A stretch of DNA of 64,000 bases from an uncultured archaeon (GTDB lineage Archaea > Aenigmatarchaeota > Aenigmatarchaeia > QMZP01), in assembly GCA_964389315.1 (NCBI GenBank), contig CAYMDJ010000001.1, forward strand, positions 543-64,542, in the 5' to 3' direction. Below, piece by piece: positions 45,730 to 55,734 of the stretch (the stretch's first letter is position 1; the number at the start of each line of letters is the position of its first letter). Both the position numbers and the translations under genes were made by a program. Below the pieces are notes generated by a model that was not told the origin of the DNA, ran no database searches, and worked only from the letters and a program-made list of their open reading frames with translations.

Positions 45730-46401
45730 CTATACAGAAAGAGGATCAAGCGCTTCATCAAGAAGGTCTATCTTATATCCCAGCGTGAAGCCGACCCTGT
45801 CTTTAAAGAGGTCCAGCCGGGTCTTCCCCTCTATATCAAGGCAGAAATAAGAACCACTGCTGTAGAGGGACGAGCGAATGCCAACCCCCTTAAGGAGAGA
45901 ACCGACACCCTCCAGTCCCCTCTGGTTGGCAGACGTGCACCTGACCCTTCTTATCTTATGCTTCCCCCTTTTTGTCTTCTTGACGTAATGGGTCACGATA
46001 CCTTCACAATCAAAGAAACCCCTCAGGAACATCACACCGAGCCCTTTGTCCTCGGCGCATCTCCTGGGAATCACCCAGGAAGAGGTTCCTGCGACCATTC
46101 CCCACCTTGACACAAACGATTCAACAACATCCTTCCCGTATTTAACGACCCTGTAAGAGACGCGCGACTCGTTTCCATGCTCCCTCATGCTGGTATAAAC
46201 TCCCGGCTTTCCCAAACATCTCATGAGCGCGTCTGAGAAAACCTTCACGAGTTCCCACCTTGACGTGCCCAGCGATATGTAGTAGTTTCCAGCTTCATGG
46301 TTGAGCTCTATCCTGCCTGCGGCGCAGAGGAGACCGCATAGGTAGGCGCCTGTTTTCTCCATGCGTGATATTTGGAGGCAGGTTTTATAAGCATGTCCCA
46401 T
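45730..46401 (-). CDS. Free-standing double-motif LAGLIDADG homing endonuclease. The first motif is degenerate (lacks the acidic residue) and the second is intact.
   Basis: YLCGLLCAAGRI (motif 1, D replaced by A) and FLRGFFDCEGIV (motif 2). 223 aa. The start codon lies inside repeat copy 2. Confidence 0.65.
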   Translation of the reverse strand: MGHAYKTCLQISRMEKTGAYLCGLLCAAGRIELNHEAGNYYISLGTSRWELVKVFSDALMRCLGKPGVYTSMREHGNESRVSYRVVKYGKDVVESFVSRWGMVAGTSSWVIPRRCAEDKGLGVMFLRGFFDCEGIVTHYVKKTKRGKHKIRRVRCTSANQRGLEGVGSLLKGVGIRSSLYSSGSYFCLDIEGKTRLDLFKDRVGFTLGYKIDLLDEALDPLSV

Positions 46402-46434
46402 TGGGGGTAGACGTTAACTTCATGTGGAGTTCAT
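46389..46434. repeat. 46-bp perfect direct repeat, copy 2.
   Basis: Identical to 45648-45693. Confidence 0.8.
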
Positions 46435-46562
46435 ATGAAACACCACAACCAAACCCTGCGTAGGAAGCAAAGGCACATGAAATTCACGCCAGTCACGTCA
46501 AGACGCTCCGGGCTTTGTCTGGGGGAACGGGTATATGTTTTTAATTTGCACATCCCATCACT

Positions 46563-49238
46563 TCAGTGGCGGGCACTTAACGGGCACGTCATCACACACT
46601 CAACCGGTCCCTTTGACGAGCCTATCAGGAGAGCCTTCCCACATTCACATGTCCCCGAAAGGGACGAGCCCTCATAGAACCTTCCACACCCGCTGCACAC
46701 GAATCCGGTCATGTCAGATATCCCAGCCTCCCTCGCAACGTTCTTATCCTCCACACCATTCAGGCCGAACGATGACATCAGGTCCATCTGCTTCCCGTTC
46801 CCAAGGAGCTCTGACTTGCTCACACCAAGGGCCCCGAATATCCTCTCCAGCGGAGGAAGGAGCTGGTTCTCGATATAATACTTGGGGTCCACCTGAACCC
46901 CTTTCTCCTTTATATAGTTCGGGTCCTCTGCCCGCTTTGACAGCAGTGACGTTCCCTTAACTATGACATAACCGACCCTGTCTCCCACACCAGGAGCCTC
47001 CTGCGGGTTCCTTATCCTCATCTTCTTCACGAGTTCTACGTGTGGCTGTATCCCCGCATACCTCTCAGGCGCCCTGGTCAGGGACTTGGTAACGACGAGC
47101 TTCTCCACAGGTATCTTCCCGCTAGTCAGCCCCCTAACTATCTCACCGAACCTCTTCACGGCCTCTTCCTGGTCGTCCCTCTTAACTATGATGTCTATTA
47201 TCTCCTTCATGGTGTCGCTGACCAGCTCGCACCAGTCCCTCCTGACGGTCTCTATTCCCTTCATCTCTATACCCTCCTTCCACCCGCCGTTCGAGGGCTC
47301 GAACTTCCACGCGACATACCTCTTCTTCGTGAGCGGAAGAAATCTCCGGAAGAGTTTCTCGAACTCCAGCTCCATCATACCAGGAAGCTTGTCTGTCACA
47401 TACTCCGATATCTTCTCGGCCTCCCTGCGTATCCTGTTCATGTCATCCATACCCATCTTCACCATGACGGAATCCGTATCACCGTACACCACCCTATGCC
47501 CGAACTCCTTCTCTACCATATCCTTGGTCTTGTGTATCATGTCCCTGCCCGTGGCGGTTATCACGTTGGCTATCCTTATGTCATATATCCTGGCCCTCGA
47601 GTATCCCATGTGCCCGTAGAACGCGTTTGCCATTATCTTCAGTGCCCACTGCTCAGCGTCGTAAACCCTCCTCCTGTTCTCATCCTTGGCATCCACCATC
47701 TTCTTCTTTGCAGCCCCCCTCCTCTTCATCAATTCCTCGAGTATCCCCGGGATTATGCCGTGCCTTACGCCCTTGGGGACGAACGACGTCCCCGTGACCG
47801 TGACTATGGGCTTCTCCACCTTCTTGTCCGTTATCATGGTCGTGGGGCAGACGTTGAAGGTCCTTATTATCGATGGATACATGCTCTTGAAATCAAGGAC
47901 CACCACATTATCGTGAAGCCCCTTGTCTGGCTCGAGGACAAACCCGCCCTTGAGCTCATTCTTTCTCGATGCCTCCCTCTCGGCAACGTCCTCCTCCTTC
48001 GGTCTGCACGGGAAGACGAATCCCCCCTTGTTGAATTCCTGGAGAAGGAAGTTCTCTATCCGTTGTGTCTCCCCGCTGGTCAGTGTGTCCTGTATAAGGG
48101 TCCCCGATATCTTTGAAAGCGCTATGTATTTGTCCATCAGCCTCATCTTCAGCACGAGGTCCAGCGCGAGCCTCGAGTCCTTCTTGCAGTATTCGACGAA
48201 CCTCTCGAACCCCTCCTGGCCTCCTTTCCAGAGGTCTTCCATCTCGCTTATCCGTATGGGAATCTTGCTGTCCCCGAGCAGGTTCTTGACGACCGTCCCG
48301 AGGTCATACCTCATGAAGGAGAAGTCCTTCTTGATGATTTCAAAACTGTCGAATATTATCCTTCCTGTCGCGGATACCCTGTATCTCGCCATCAGCTTCT
48401 TCGCTATGACCGGCTTCTGTGTGCACCTTCCCATCACGGGCCTCATCCTGTATTTTTTCATCCTCTCGAGCAGGTATGGAAAGTCGAAGTTGTTCACGTT
48501 ATACCCGGTTATGACGTCCGGGTCATACTGGGAGACTATATCCAGGAACCTGCTTATGATTTCCTCCTCTGTCGAGACCGCCGTCACCCCCTTGCCGGGC
48601 CTGGTGCTTATAAGCATGGATTTCTCGCCCTTGAACTCCTCGCTGAAGACCACCGATATCATTATCACGGGGTCCCTTACGGCATCTGGGGCGGTCCCGG
48701 AAACGAGCGGTATGCACTCTATGTCAAATGCCATGAACCTCAGGGGAGCGTTTTCCATCCTATCCACGGGCTCTATGCTCCCGGCCTTTATTGACTGGTC
48801 TGTCCTCACGGTGGCTGTTGGCGTTCCCTTACCCTCTTTTACCTTTATCCAACCGAGACCCTTTATACCGAAGTCGTTCATGAACCTGTACTTGAACAGG
48901 ATGTCAGACTCATACGTCCGGAGGCCCTTGCCATGTATCATGTCCCTTATTTCAGGCGTCCTTGACGGGTTCTGCAGGGTTATCTTCCACATATCAACAG
49001 GGTCGCTGAACCCCATGACCCTCTTCCTCCTCACCTTCTCCCTCTTGAGGACGTTGGGGTCGTCCTTGATGAACTCGAGCGCCCTCTCATCATCAACATA
49101 GAAATAAGGAAGATACTTGTCATAGAATACACAGACAGTCTTTCCATCCATCTTCTTGCCGAATATCCTCACGATCGGCTTCTCATCAACCAGCACGTAA
49201 TCGACGTCAAGCACCTGTATCTCCATCATCACACCCAT
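46563..49238 (-). CDS. polB: DNA polymerase B (family B, replicative), intein-free, 891 aa.
   Basis: Motif A DFKSMYPSII, motif C VVYGDTDSVMV, exonuclease motifs FDIE and YNVNNFDFPYL, C-terminal Cys cluster. Confidence 0.9.
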   Translation of the reverse strand: MGVMMEIQVLDVDYVLVDEKPIVRIFGKKMDGKTVCVFYDKYLPYFYVDDERALEFIKDDPNVLKREKVRRKRVMGFSDPVDMWKITLQNPSRTPEIRDMIHGKGLRTYESDILFKYRFMNDFGIKGLGWIKVKEGKGTPTATVRTDQSIKAGSIEPVDRMENAPLRFMAFDIECIPLVSGTAPDAVRDPVIMISVVFSEEFKGEKSMLISTRPGKGVTAVSTEEEIISRFLDIVSQYDPDVITGYNVNNFDFPYLLERMKKYRMRPVMGRCTQKPVIAKKLMARYRVSATGRIIFDSFEIIKKDFSFMRYDLGTVVKNLLGDSKIPIRISEMEDLWKGGQEGFERFVEYCKKDSRLALDLVLKMRLMDKYIALSKISGTLIQDTLTSGETQRIENFLLQEFNKGGFVFPCRPKEEDVAEREASRKNELKGGFVLEPDKGLHDNVVVLDFKSMYPSIIRTFNVCPTTMITDKKVEKPIVTVTGTSFVPKGVRHGIIPGILEELMKRRGAAKKKMVDAKDENRRRVYDAEQWALKIMANAFYGHMGYSRARIYDIRIANVITATGRDMIHKTKDMVEKEFGHRVVYGDTDSVMVKMGMDDMNRIRREAEKISEYVTDKLPGMMELEFEKLFRRFLPLTKKRYVAWKFEPSNGGWKEGIEMKGIETVRRDWCELVSDTMKEIIDIIVKRDDQEEAVKRFGEIVRGLTSGKIPVEKLVVTKSLTRAPERYAGIQPHVELVKKMRIRNPQEAPGVGDRVGYVIVKGTSLLSKRAEDPNYIKEKGVQVDPKYYIENQLLPPLERIFGALGVSKSELLGNGKQMDLMSSFGLNGVEDKNVAREAGISDMTGFVCSGCGRFYEGSSLSGTCECGKALLIGSSKGPVECVMTCPLSARH

Positions 49239-49435
49239 CTTAACAGGGGCAGGCCCCAGCAGGACACATACCCCAATTCAAATCATCCAATAACCCAACG
49301 GAACCCCAGAAATTCCAGATTTCCAACCCTAAATTATTGTCAGCACATAATAAAAAAACACCCTCACCCCAGACATATATTATAGAGGAGATGCTTGCCG
49401 CATAATTTATTTAAAACCCCGGAACAAGTGATATG

Positions 49436-49757
49436 CATGAAAATCAACCCCAAGCAGCTCGAGAAGATGGCAAGGAAGATGGGAATCCAGAGCACGGAGA
49501 TAGACGCAGAGGAGGTCATAATAAGGACGAAGAAGAAGGAAATCATCATCACGAATCCACAAGTGTCAAAGGTCAACATGGCCGGACAGGACACCTTCCA
49601 GATATCCGGCGACATCGAGGAGAAGGACTCCTCAGAGTTCTCAGAAGAGGACCTCCGCCTAATCGTTGAGCAGACCGGCGCCACCCCCCAGGAGGCCGCG
49701 GAGGCCCTGGAAGAAACAGGCGACATCGCCCATGCCATCCTGAAGCTCAAGAAATGA
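49436..49757 (+). CDS. nac: Nascent polypeptide-associated complex protein (archaeal NAC-alpha with a C-terminal UBA domain).
   Basis: MKINPKQLEKMARKMGIQ ... and the C-terminal TGATPQEAAEALEETGDIAHAILKL (UBA-like). The track ORF starts earlier at 49395. Confidence 0.7.
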
Positions 49758-49793
49758 ACTGGTTTTAAGCCGGGGCTGCCATAATATATTAAT

Positions 49794-52484
49794 ATGGACG
49801 AGGGCCAGTGGCACGAGACTGATGCCAAGCGCGTTCTGAAGAAGCTGGGTTCGTCTCCCCATGGAATCTCCCCGCAGGAGGCATCCTCCCGCCTGAGGGA
49901 ATACGGGCCGAACGAGATAAAGTCAGGGAAGAAGATAAACCCCCTTGCCATCTTCCTCGGCCAGTTCAAGAGCACCCTCGTCATCATCCTTATCTTCGCC
50001 ACCTTCTTCTCTGCCCTCATAGGCGAGGTCATAGACGCGATAGCGATACTTATCATAGTAATACTGAATTCGATATTCGGCTTCATGCAGGAATATCGCG
50101 CCGAGAAAACGATAGAGGCGCTCAAGAAGATGACCACCCCGGAATCAATCGTCATCAGGGACGGAAAGAAGCTCAGGATACAGAGCACCGAGCTCGTACC
50201 CGGAGACGTAGTCCTCCTGGAGCAGGGGACCCGCGTCCCTGCTGACATGCGCATCATAGAGACAGCAGAGCTCAAGATAGACGAGGCAATCCTGACAGGA
50301 GAGTCGCAGCCCGTCACCAAGGAAACCTCTCCGCTCAAGGCAGGAGCCCTCGCTGACAGGAAGAACATGTGCTACATGGGAACGGTAGTTTCTTACGGGA
50401 GGGGAATGGGAGTCGTCGTTTCAACTGGCATGAACACAGAGATGGGGAAGATTGCCCACAGGATAGAGGAGACCCCTGAAGAGGAGACGCCCCTCCAGAA
50501 GAAGCTCGCTGCGTTCGGCAAGAAGCTCGGGGCGATAATCCTCGGCATATGCGCTGTGGTCGCAACCACCGGGATACTCAGGGGAAGCCTTCTTACCGGA
50601 GACCCGGTAACAGAGAAGCTGATAACCACGCAGATAATAAACGGCATAGCCCTGGCGGTAGCAGCGGTCCCTGAGGGCCTTCCTGCGGTAGTCACGGTTA
50701 CCCTGGCCCTGGGCCTGAGGAGGCTCGCTAAGAGGAACGCGCTGATGAGGAGGCTCCCGGTCGTTGAGACGCTCGGCTCCACGACAGTCATATGCAGCGA
50801 CAAGACAGGGACCCTCACAAAGAACGAGATGACGATTAGCAGGATATGGCACCCGGGAAGGGACATATCCGTGACAGGGGCAGGATACGAGCCAAAAGGA
50901 GGGTTTCTTGTAAACGGAAAGAAGACCGACCCGTCCAGGGACAAGCAGCTTTCCCTCCTTCTGAAGACCGGCGCGCTCTGCAACAATGCGTCGCTTGATT
51001 TGTCCGGGAAGACATGGAGCATAATAGGCGACCCCACAGAGGGTGCAATCATCGTTGCGGCCCGTAAGGCAGGATATCATAGCGATGACATGGAAAGGGA
51101 GCATCCGAGGAAGAAGGAGTTCCCATTCACGTCAGAGAGGAAGATGATGAGCACCGTGAACTCCTGCGGAGGGATTGTTGTCAACGTCAAGGGCGCGCCT
51201 GAGAACGTGCTCAGGAAATGCACCACGATAATGATTAACGGAAAGGCAGCAAGAATGACACCCAAGCACAGGAAGGAAATCCTCTCAATGAACACGGAAT
51301 TCGCCACAGGGGCCCTGAGGGTGCTCGCCATTGCAATGAAGGAAACCATGAGCATTCCAGGGACACAGGAACAGGCAGAGTCCGGACTCACCTTCCTCGG
51401 CCTCGTCGGCATGATAGACCCGCCCAGGAAGACGGTCAGGGATGACATAGAGCTCTGCAAGAGGGCCGGCATAAAGGTCGTGATGATAACAGGCGACCAC
51501 AGGGACACCGCCATCGCCATATCGAAACAGATAGGCATAGTGGGTGACAGGCCGGTTGCCCTGACAGGCGAGGAGCTCGAAAAGATGTCTGACAAGGAGC
51601 TCTGCGGTAAGGCAAACGACATATCCGTCTATGCCAGGGTTAATCCCGAGCATAAGGTCAGGATAGTCGAGGCCCTCCGTTCCAACGGACATGTAATAGC
51701 AATGACCGGTGACGGCGTGAACGACGCCCCTGCCCTGAAGAGCGCAGACATCGGGATAGCCATGGGTATAAAGGGGACGGACGTTGCAAAGGAGGCCTCG
51801 GACATGATTCTGAGGGATGACAACTTCTCGAGCATAGTGAGCGCCATAAAGGAGGGCAGGGGAATCTATGACAACATAAAGAAGTTCATACAGTACCTCC
51901 TCTCCAGCAATACGGGGGAAGTGCTCATAGTCTTCATCGCGACCCTGATTGCCCTGGTTGACCCGGAAACGGGCCTCATACTCCTCCCGCTCCAGCTGCT
52001 CTGGATAAACATCCTGACCGATGGTTTGCCTGCGCTCGCCCTGGGGGTTGACCCTGCCTCGCCCGGAATAATGGACAAGAGGCCCCGTGACCCCAAGGAG
52101 AGCATACTCACCAGGAGAATGATGACAGACATTCTAATCGTCGGTATAGTGATGTGCGTAGGGACGCTCTTCCTCTTCTGGCTCAACCTCCCGACAGGGG
52201 GGAGGCACGCCATGACGGTCGCCTTCACTGCGATAGTGATGCTAGAGATGGTAAGGGTCCAGACGGTCAGGTCAGACTACAAGATAGGACTCTTCTCGAA
52301 CAAGGCCCTACTCATGGCAATGGGCCTTTCGATAGGGTTACAGGTCATCGTTGTCTACGTGCCGTTCCTCCAGCCAATATTCAGCACGGTACCCATCGGC
52401 CTGGAGGACTGGATTGAAATAATCATGGTCTCGCTGAGCGTAATGGTTATAATGAAGCTGAGGACAATAATTAAGAGTGGTTAG
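49794..52484 (+). CDS. P-type cation-transporting ATPase, type IIA (Ca2+-ATPase-like).
   Basis: DKTGTLT phosphorylation site, TGES, MTGDGVNDAPALK, PEGLPAVVTV in TM4. Confidence 0.85.
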   Translation: MDEGQWHETDAKRVLKKLGSSPHGISPQEASSRLREYGPNEIKSGKKINPLAIFLGQFKSTLVIILIFATFFSALIGEVIDAIAILIIVILNSIFGFMQEYRAEKTIEALKKMTTPESIVIRDGKKLRIQSTELVPGDVVLLEQGTRVPADMRIIETAELKIDEAILTGESQPVTKETSPLKAGALADRKNMCYMGTVVSYGRGMGVVVSTGMNTEMGKIAHRIEETPEEETPLQKKLAAFGKKLGAIILGICAVVATTGILRGSLLTGDPVTEKLITTQIINGIALAVAAVPEGLPAVVTVTLALGLRRLAKRNALMRRLPVVETLGSTTVICSDKTGTLTKNEMTISRIWHPGRDISVTGAGYEPKGGFLVNGKKTDPSRDKQLSLLLKTGALCNNASLDLSGKTWSIIGDPTEGAIIVAARKAGYHSDDMEREHPRKKEFPFTSERKMMSTVNSCGGIVVNVKGAPENVLRKCTTIMINGKAARMTPKHRKEILSMNTEFATGALRVLAIAMKETMSIPGTQEQAESGLTFLGLVGMIDPPRKTVRDDIELCKRAGIKVVMITGDHRDTAIAISKQIGIVGDRPVALTGEELEKMSDKELCGKANDISVYARVNPEHKVRIVEALRSNGHVIAMTGDGVNDAPALKSADIGIAMGIKGTDVAKEASDMILRDDNFSSIVSAIKEGRGIYDNIKKFIQYLLSSNTGEVLIVFIATLIALVDPETGLILLPLQLLWINILTDGLPALALGVDPASPGIMDKRPRDPKESILTRRMMTDILIVGIVMCVGTLFLFWLNLPTGGRHAMTVAFTAIVMLEMVRVQTVRSDYKIGLFSNKALLMAMGLSIGLQVIVVYVPFLQPIFSTVPIGLEDWIEIIMVSLSVMVIMKLRTIIKSG

Positions 52485-53426
52485 ATGTACGAGGCAATGA
52501 ACATCCTGATATTCATCGTCAGCCTTGGAATCCTCATAAAGGGCGCGGACATAATAACGAACTATGCCTCCCGCCTCGCAAAGCTCTGGGGCATCTCCGA
52601 GCTCGTCATAGGCATAACCATAGTAGCAATCTCTACATCCCTCCCTGAGCTCGCGGTCTCCCTCATATCAGTCCTCGGCTCATTGGGAGGGATAGCGGTT
52701 GGAACGATAATAGGCTCCAACATCGCAAACATAGGCCTGATTGTTGGAATCTCCGCCCTCGCCTCCCCGCTCCTGGTGACCAGGAAGTTCATAAGGGAGG
52801 GTATAGTCATGCTCTTCTTCAGCATCGTGACGGCCGCCCTGCTCCTTGACGGCATGTTCTGGTACGAGGGAATTATCCTGATAATAATGCTCTTTGGCTA
52901 CCTCTACTACCTGGTAAAATCGGCAACGTCAGGGGCATCGCACAAGAGAACCAGCAGGGCGGCCGAGGAGAAGAAGCACCGTGCCGTAATCAAGTGCCTC
53001 CTTTTCTGCGCGCTCGGCGCCGCGTTCATCGCAATCGGCGCGGAGGTGCTGGTCTACTCCACGATAAACATAGCGACCTGGCTAGGGATATCAGAGGTCG
53101 TTATAGCGCTGGTCGCAATAGCAATCGGGACATCGCTTCCGGAGTTCGCGACCTCTGTCGTGGCAGCCCTCAAGAAGATGCGCGGGATATCCGTAGGGAA
53201 CATAATAGGCTCGAACATATTCAACGTCTCCATACTGGGCCTGGTTGCCCTGTTCGGTCCCATACCCACAGAGGCCATAATAAACAACATAAACATACCG
53301 ATAATGCTCGTCCTCTCCTTCCTGCTAATCCTCTTCATGCGCAAGGGAATGAAGATAGACAGGACAGAGGCAATAGTCTTGTTCGGCATCTACGTGGTCT
53401 TCCTGATACTACAGTTCGCATATTAG
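52485..53426 (+). CDS. Na+/Ca2+ exchanger family (CaCA/YrbG-like) membrane protein.
   Basis: Two alpha-repeat motifs (GSLPELAVSLIS ... GSNIANIG and GTSLPEFATSVVA ... GSNIFNV). The start codon abuts the ATPase stop. Confidence 0.75.
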   Translation: MYEAMNILIFIVSLGILIKGADIITNYASRLAKLWGISELVIGITIVAISTSLPELAVSLISVLGSLGGIAVGTIIGSNIANIGLIVGISALASPLLVTRKFIREGIVMLFFSIVTAALLLDGMFWYEGIILIIMLFGYLYYLVKSATSGASHKRTSRAAEEKKHRAVIKCLLFCALGAAFIAIGAEVLVYSTINIATWLGISEVVIALVAIAIGTSLPEFATSVVAALKKMRGISVGNIIGSNIFNVSILGLVALFGPIPTEAIINNINIPIMLVLSFLLILFMRKGMKIDRTEAIVLFGIYVVFLILQFAY

Positions 53427-53428
53427 AA

Positions 53429-54937
53429 TCACTTTATAACGACCCCTAGCTTGCTCAGCGGCTTCCCGTTTATGAAGCCTCTCAGGGTTTCCGGGAGGTC
53501 GCTTACCCTGACCCTTATCTGCTTCATGGTGTCCCTGTCCCTCAGGGTGACGTCATTCCCTTTGAGCGAGTCATAATCTATGGTTATCCCCGCAGCAACC
53601 CCTGCCTCGTCAATCCTCCGGTATCTCCTGCCGATGCTACCTGACGAGTCATAGAACACGCTGAATCCGGCTTCCTGGAGAAGCCTCTTCACCCCCCTTG
53701 CCTTCTCCGGGAGGTTGTCCTTGTTTACGAGAGGAAAGATTCCCGCATCGAAGGGAGAGACCCTCCTCGGGAAGAGCATGACGTCCCTTTCCTTCTCTTC
53801 CCTGTAAGCGAGCTCGAAAAGGGCGTATATGTTCCTGTCAACCCCGAAGCTCAGCTCAAGCACGTGAGGGAGAATCTTCTTGCCGTCAACGTCAACCACC
53901 ATGCTGACGCCGGACACCTTCTGGTGACCCGATAGGTCATGGTCTGCCCTGTAGTGGAGGCCGGCAATCTCCCTGTATCCCCCTATACTTTCGAGGTCCA
54001 TCTCAACATCCCAGTGATACTTGTTGTAAAACGCCCTCTCATCCTCATCCAGCTCCCTGAACCGAAACTTCTCTTTCGGTAGGCCAAGCACGTCCAGGTA
54101 GAACTGCTGCATCATTGCCATGTGATAGACGTAGAACTTCGGGAGCTTCAGCACCCTGACAGCATCCTTCGCAGCCACCTCCTTTATCGTCCCCCTCGAG
54201 CGGTTCTTCACCGGAAAGACCCTGATTCTATACCTTTCAATCTCCCTGAACCTGGGGTGCTGCCTTATATTGTCAGGGTCAAAGAATACCTGGAGCTCTG
54301 CCTGCGTGAACTCCCTCTGCCTTATCAGGACATTCCTCGGTGATATCTCGTTCCTGAAGGCCTTCCCCACCACGGCAAGCCCCATGGGAAGCCTCTTCCT
54401 CAGGGCATCGAATTCGTGCTTGAAGTTAACGTAAGCGCCCTGCGCGGTTTCCGGGGAAAGATACCCCGTCCTCTTGGTCTTGCCCGTCCCTATCTCCAGG
54501 GGAAACATCATGTTGAGGATACCGACCTCCGCAAGCTCCCCCTTACATTTCGGGCACCTTATGTTGTTGTCCTTTATCAACTTCTCCATCTTCCTGAGGG
54601 AAACGCCCTCGAACGTCCCTCCCAGTTCTGCCTCTATTATGTGGTCTGCCCTCTCCACGTTAAGGCATTTCTTGCATTTGACTATGGGGTCCACGAAGGA
54701 CTCCAGGTGTCCTGATGCCCTGAACACTTCCTCGGGCATGACCTGGGAGACCTGTATCTCATGGAAGTTGTCGTCCAGTCCCAGGAAATATTCCCTCCAG
54801 ACGTTCTCCCACTTCCTCTTAAGGGACGCCCCCAGGTGGGCATAGTCATAAAACCCCGCTATAGGGCTGTATATCTGGGAGGACTGCCAGAAGAATCCCC
54901 TCCTCTTGGCTATGTCGAGTAGTTTGTCAGTCTTCAT
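53429..54937 (-). CDS. glyS: Glycyl-tRNA synthetase (archaeal/eukaryotic-type class II) with a zinc-ribbon insertion.
   Basis: RRGFFWQSSQIY ... GFYDY, class II motifs, C-terminal anticodon-binding domain, and a CKKC...CPKC insertion. Confidence 0.75.
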   Translation of the reverse strand: MKTDKLLDIAKRRGFFWQSSQIYSPIAGFYDYAHLGASLKRKWENVWREYFLGLDDNFHEIQVSQVMPEEVFRASGHLESFVDPIVKCKKCLNVERADHIIEAELGGTFEGVSLRKMEKLIKDNNIRCPKCKGELAEVGILNMMFPLEIGTGKTKRTGYLSPETAQGAYVNFKHEFDALRKRLPMGLAVVGKAFRNEISPRNVLIRQREFTQAELQVFFDPDNIRQHPRFREIERYRIRVFPVKNRSRGTIKEVAAKDAVRVLKLPKFYVYHMAMMQQFYLDVLGLPKEKFRFRELDEDERAFYNKYHWDVEMDLESIGGYREIAGLHYRADHDLSGHQKVSGVSMVVDVDGKKILPHVLELSFGVDRNIYALFELAYREEKERDVMLFPRRVSPFDAGIFPLVNKDNLPEKARGVKRLLQEAGFSVFYDSSGSIGRRYRRIDEAGVAAGITIDYDSLKGNDVTLRDRDTMKQIRVRVSDLPETLRGFINGKPLSKLGVVIK

Positions 54938-55024
54938 CCAACCACATTCCTATTTGGTATCAACAATTTATAATTGTCCCTGCTCACATAAAAGGCATTT
55001 ATTATCTCGGCACAAGAATAACCC

Positions 55025-55699
55025 ATGGCAGCTCCTGCACGAACCAGGAAACTGAAGGTAGACCTCCACATCCACACCAACCTATCCTCTGACGGTGGAC
55101 AGACACCGGAGGAGCTGGTTGAGACAGCACTCGCCCACGGCTTTGACGCGATAGCGGTAACGGACCACAACACCGTCCAGGGCTCGCTCAGGGCAGAGCG
55201 CCACGCAAGAGGAAGAATAATCATCTTCCCTGGCCAGGAGGTCCTGACAGATAGCGGAGAGATCGTGGTCCTTAATCTTCGGGAGACCCTGCCTGCCGGA
55301 GGGGGCCTCGAGGAGACGGTCAGGCTCGCCAAAGAGAAGGGAGGTTTCGTGATAGCACCACACCCCTTTGACATCATGAGGAGGGGCATAGGGGACAACC
55401 TCAACCGGATAATCGGCCAGGTCGATGCCATAGAGGCCTTCAATTCCAGGACCATATGGACCAGGTTCAACAGGAGGGCTCTGGAATACGCAGAGTCCAA
55501 AGGCAAGCCAATGGTCGCGGCCTCGGATGCCCACTTCCCGGACGAAATCGGAAAGACCTACATGCTGGTCTCATCCAGAAAGGACCCCGCGGACATACTG
55601 AAATCCATACTCGCGGGAAGAGCGGAACTCGTCATGAAGGCCCAGAGCCGCTCCTCAAAGCTCATGAGAGGATTCAGGAAGCTCAGGACATACCTCTGA
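55025..55699 (+). CDS. PHP-domain phosphoesterase.
   Basis: KVDLHIHTNLSSDG ... AIAVTDHNTVQG ... IAPHPFD. Confidence 0.7.
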   Translation: MAAPARTRKLKVDLHIHTNLSSDGGQTPEELVETALAHGFDAIAVTDHNTVQGSLRAERHARGRIIIFPGQEVLTDSGEIVVLNLRETLPAGGGLEETVRLAKEKGGFVIAPHPFDIMRRGIGDNLNRIIGQVDAIEAFNSRTIWTRFNRRALEYAESKGKPMVAASDAHFPDEIGKTYMLVSSRKDPADILKSILAGRAELVMKAQSRSSKLMRGFRKLRTYL

Positions 55700-55734
55700 T
55701 TCGTGCAATATAAAGACAGCTTCCAATATAGATT

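Noticed and set aside
47040-49101. Large plus-strand ORFs (358 and 392 aa) inside the polB region.
   Set aside because: They are opposite-strand shadows of polB, whose motifs (YGDTDS, DxxSMYPSII) are unambiguous. The plus ORFs are Ser/Leu-rich low complexity.
50393-52228. Minus-strand ORFs (219, 227, 181, 135, 120 aa) inside the P-type ATPase gene.
   Set aside because: They are antisense shadows. The plus-strand ATPase carries all canonical motifs.
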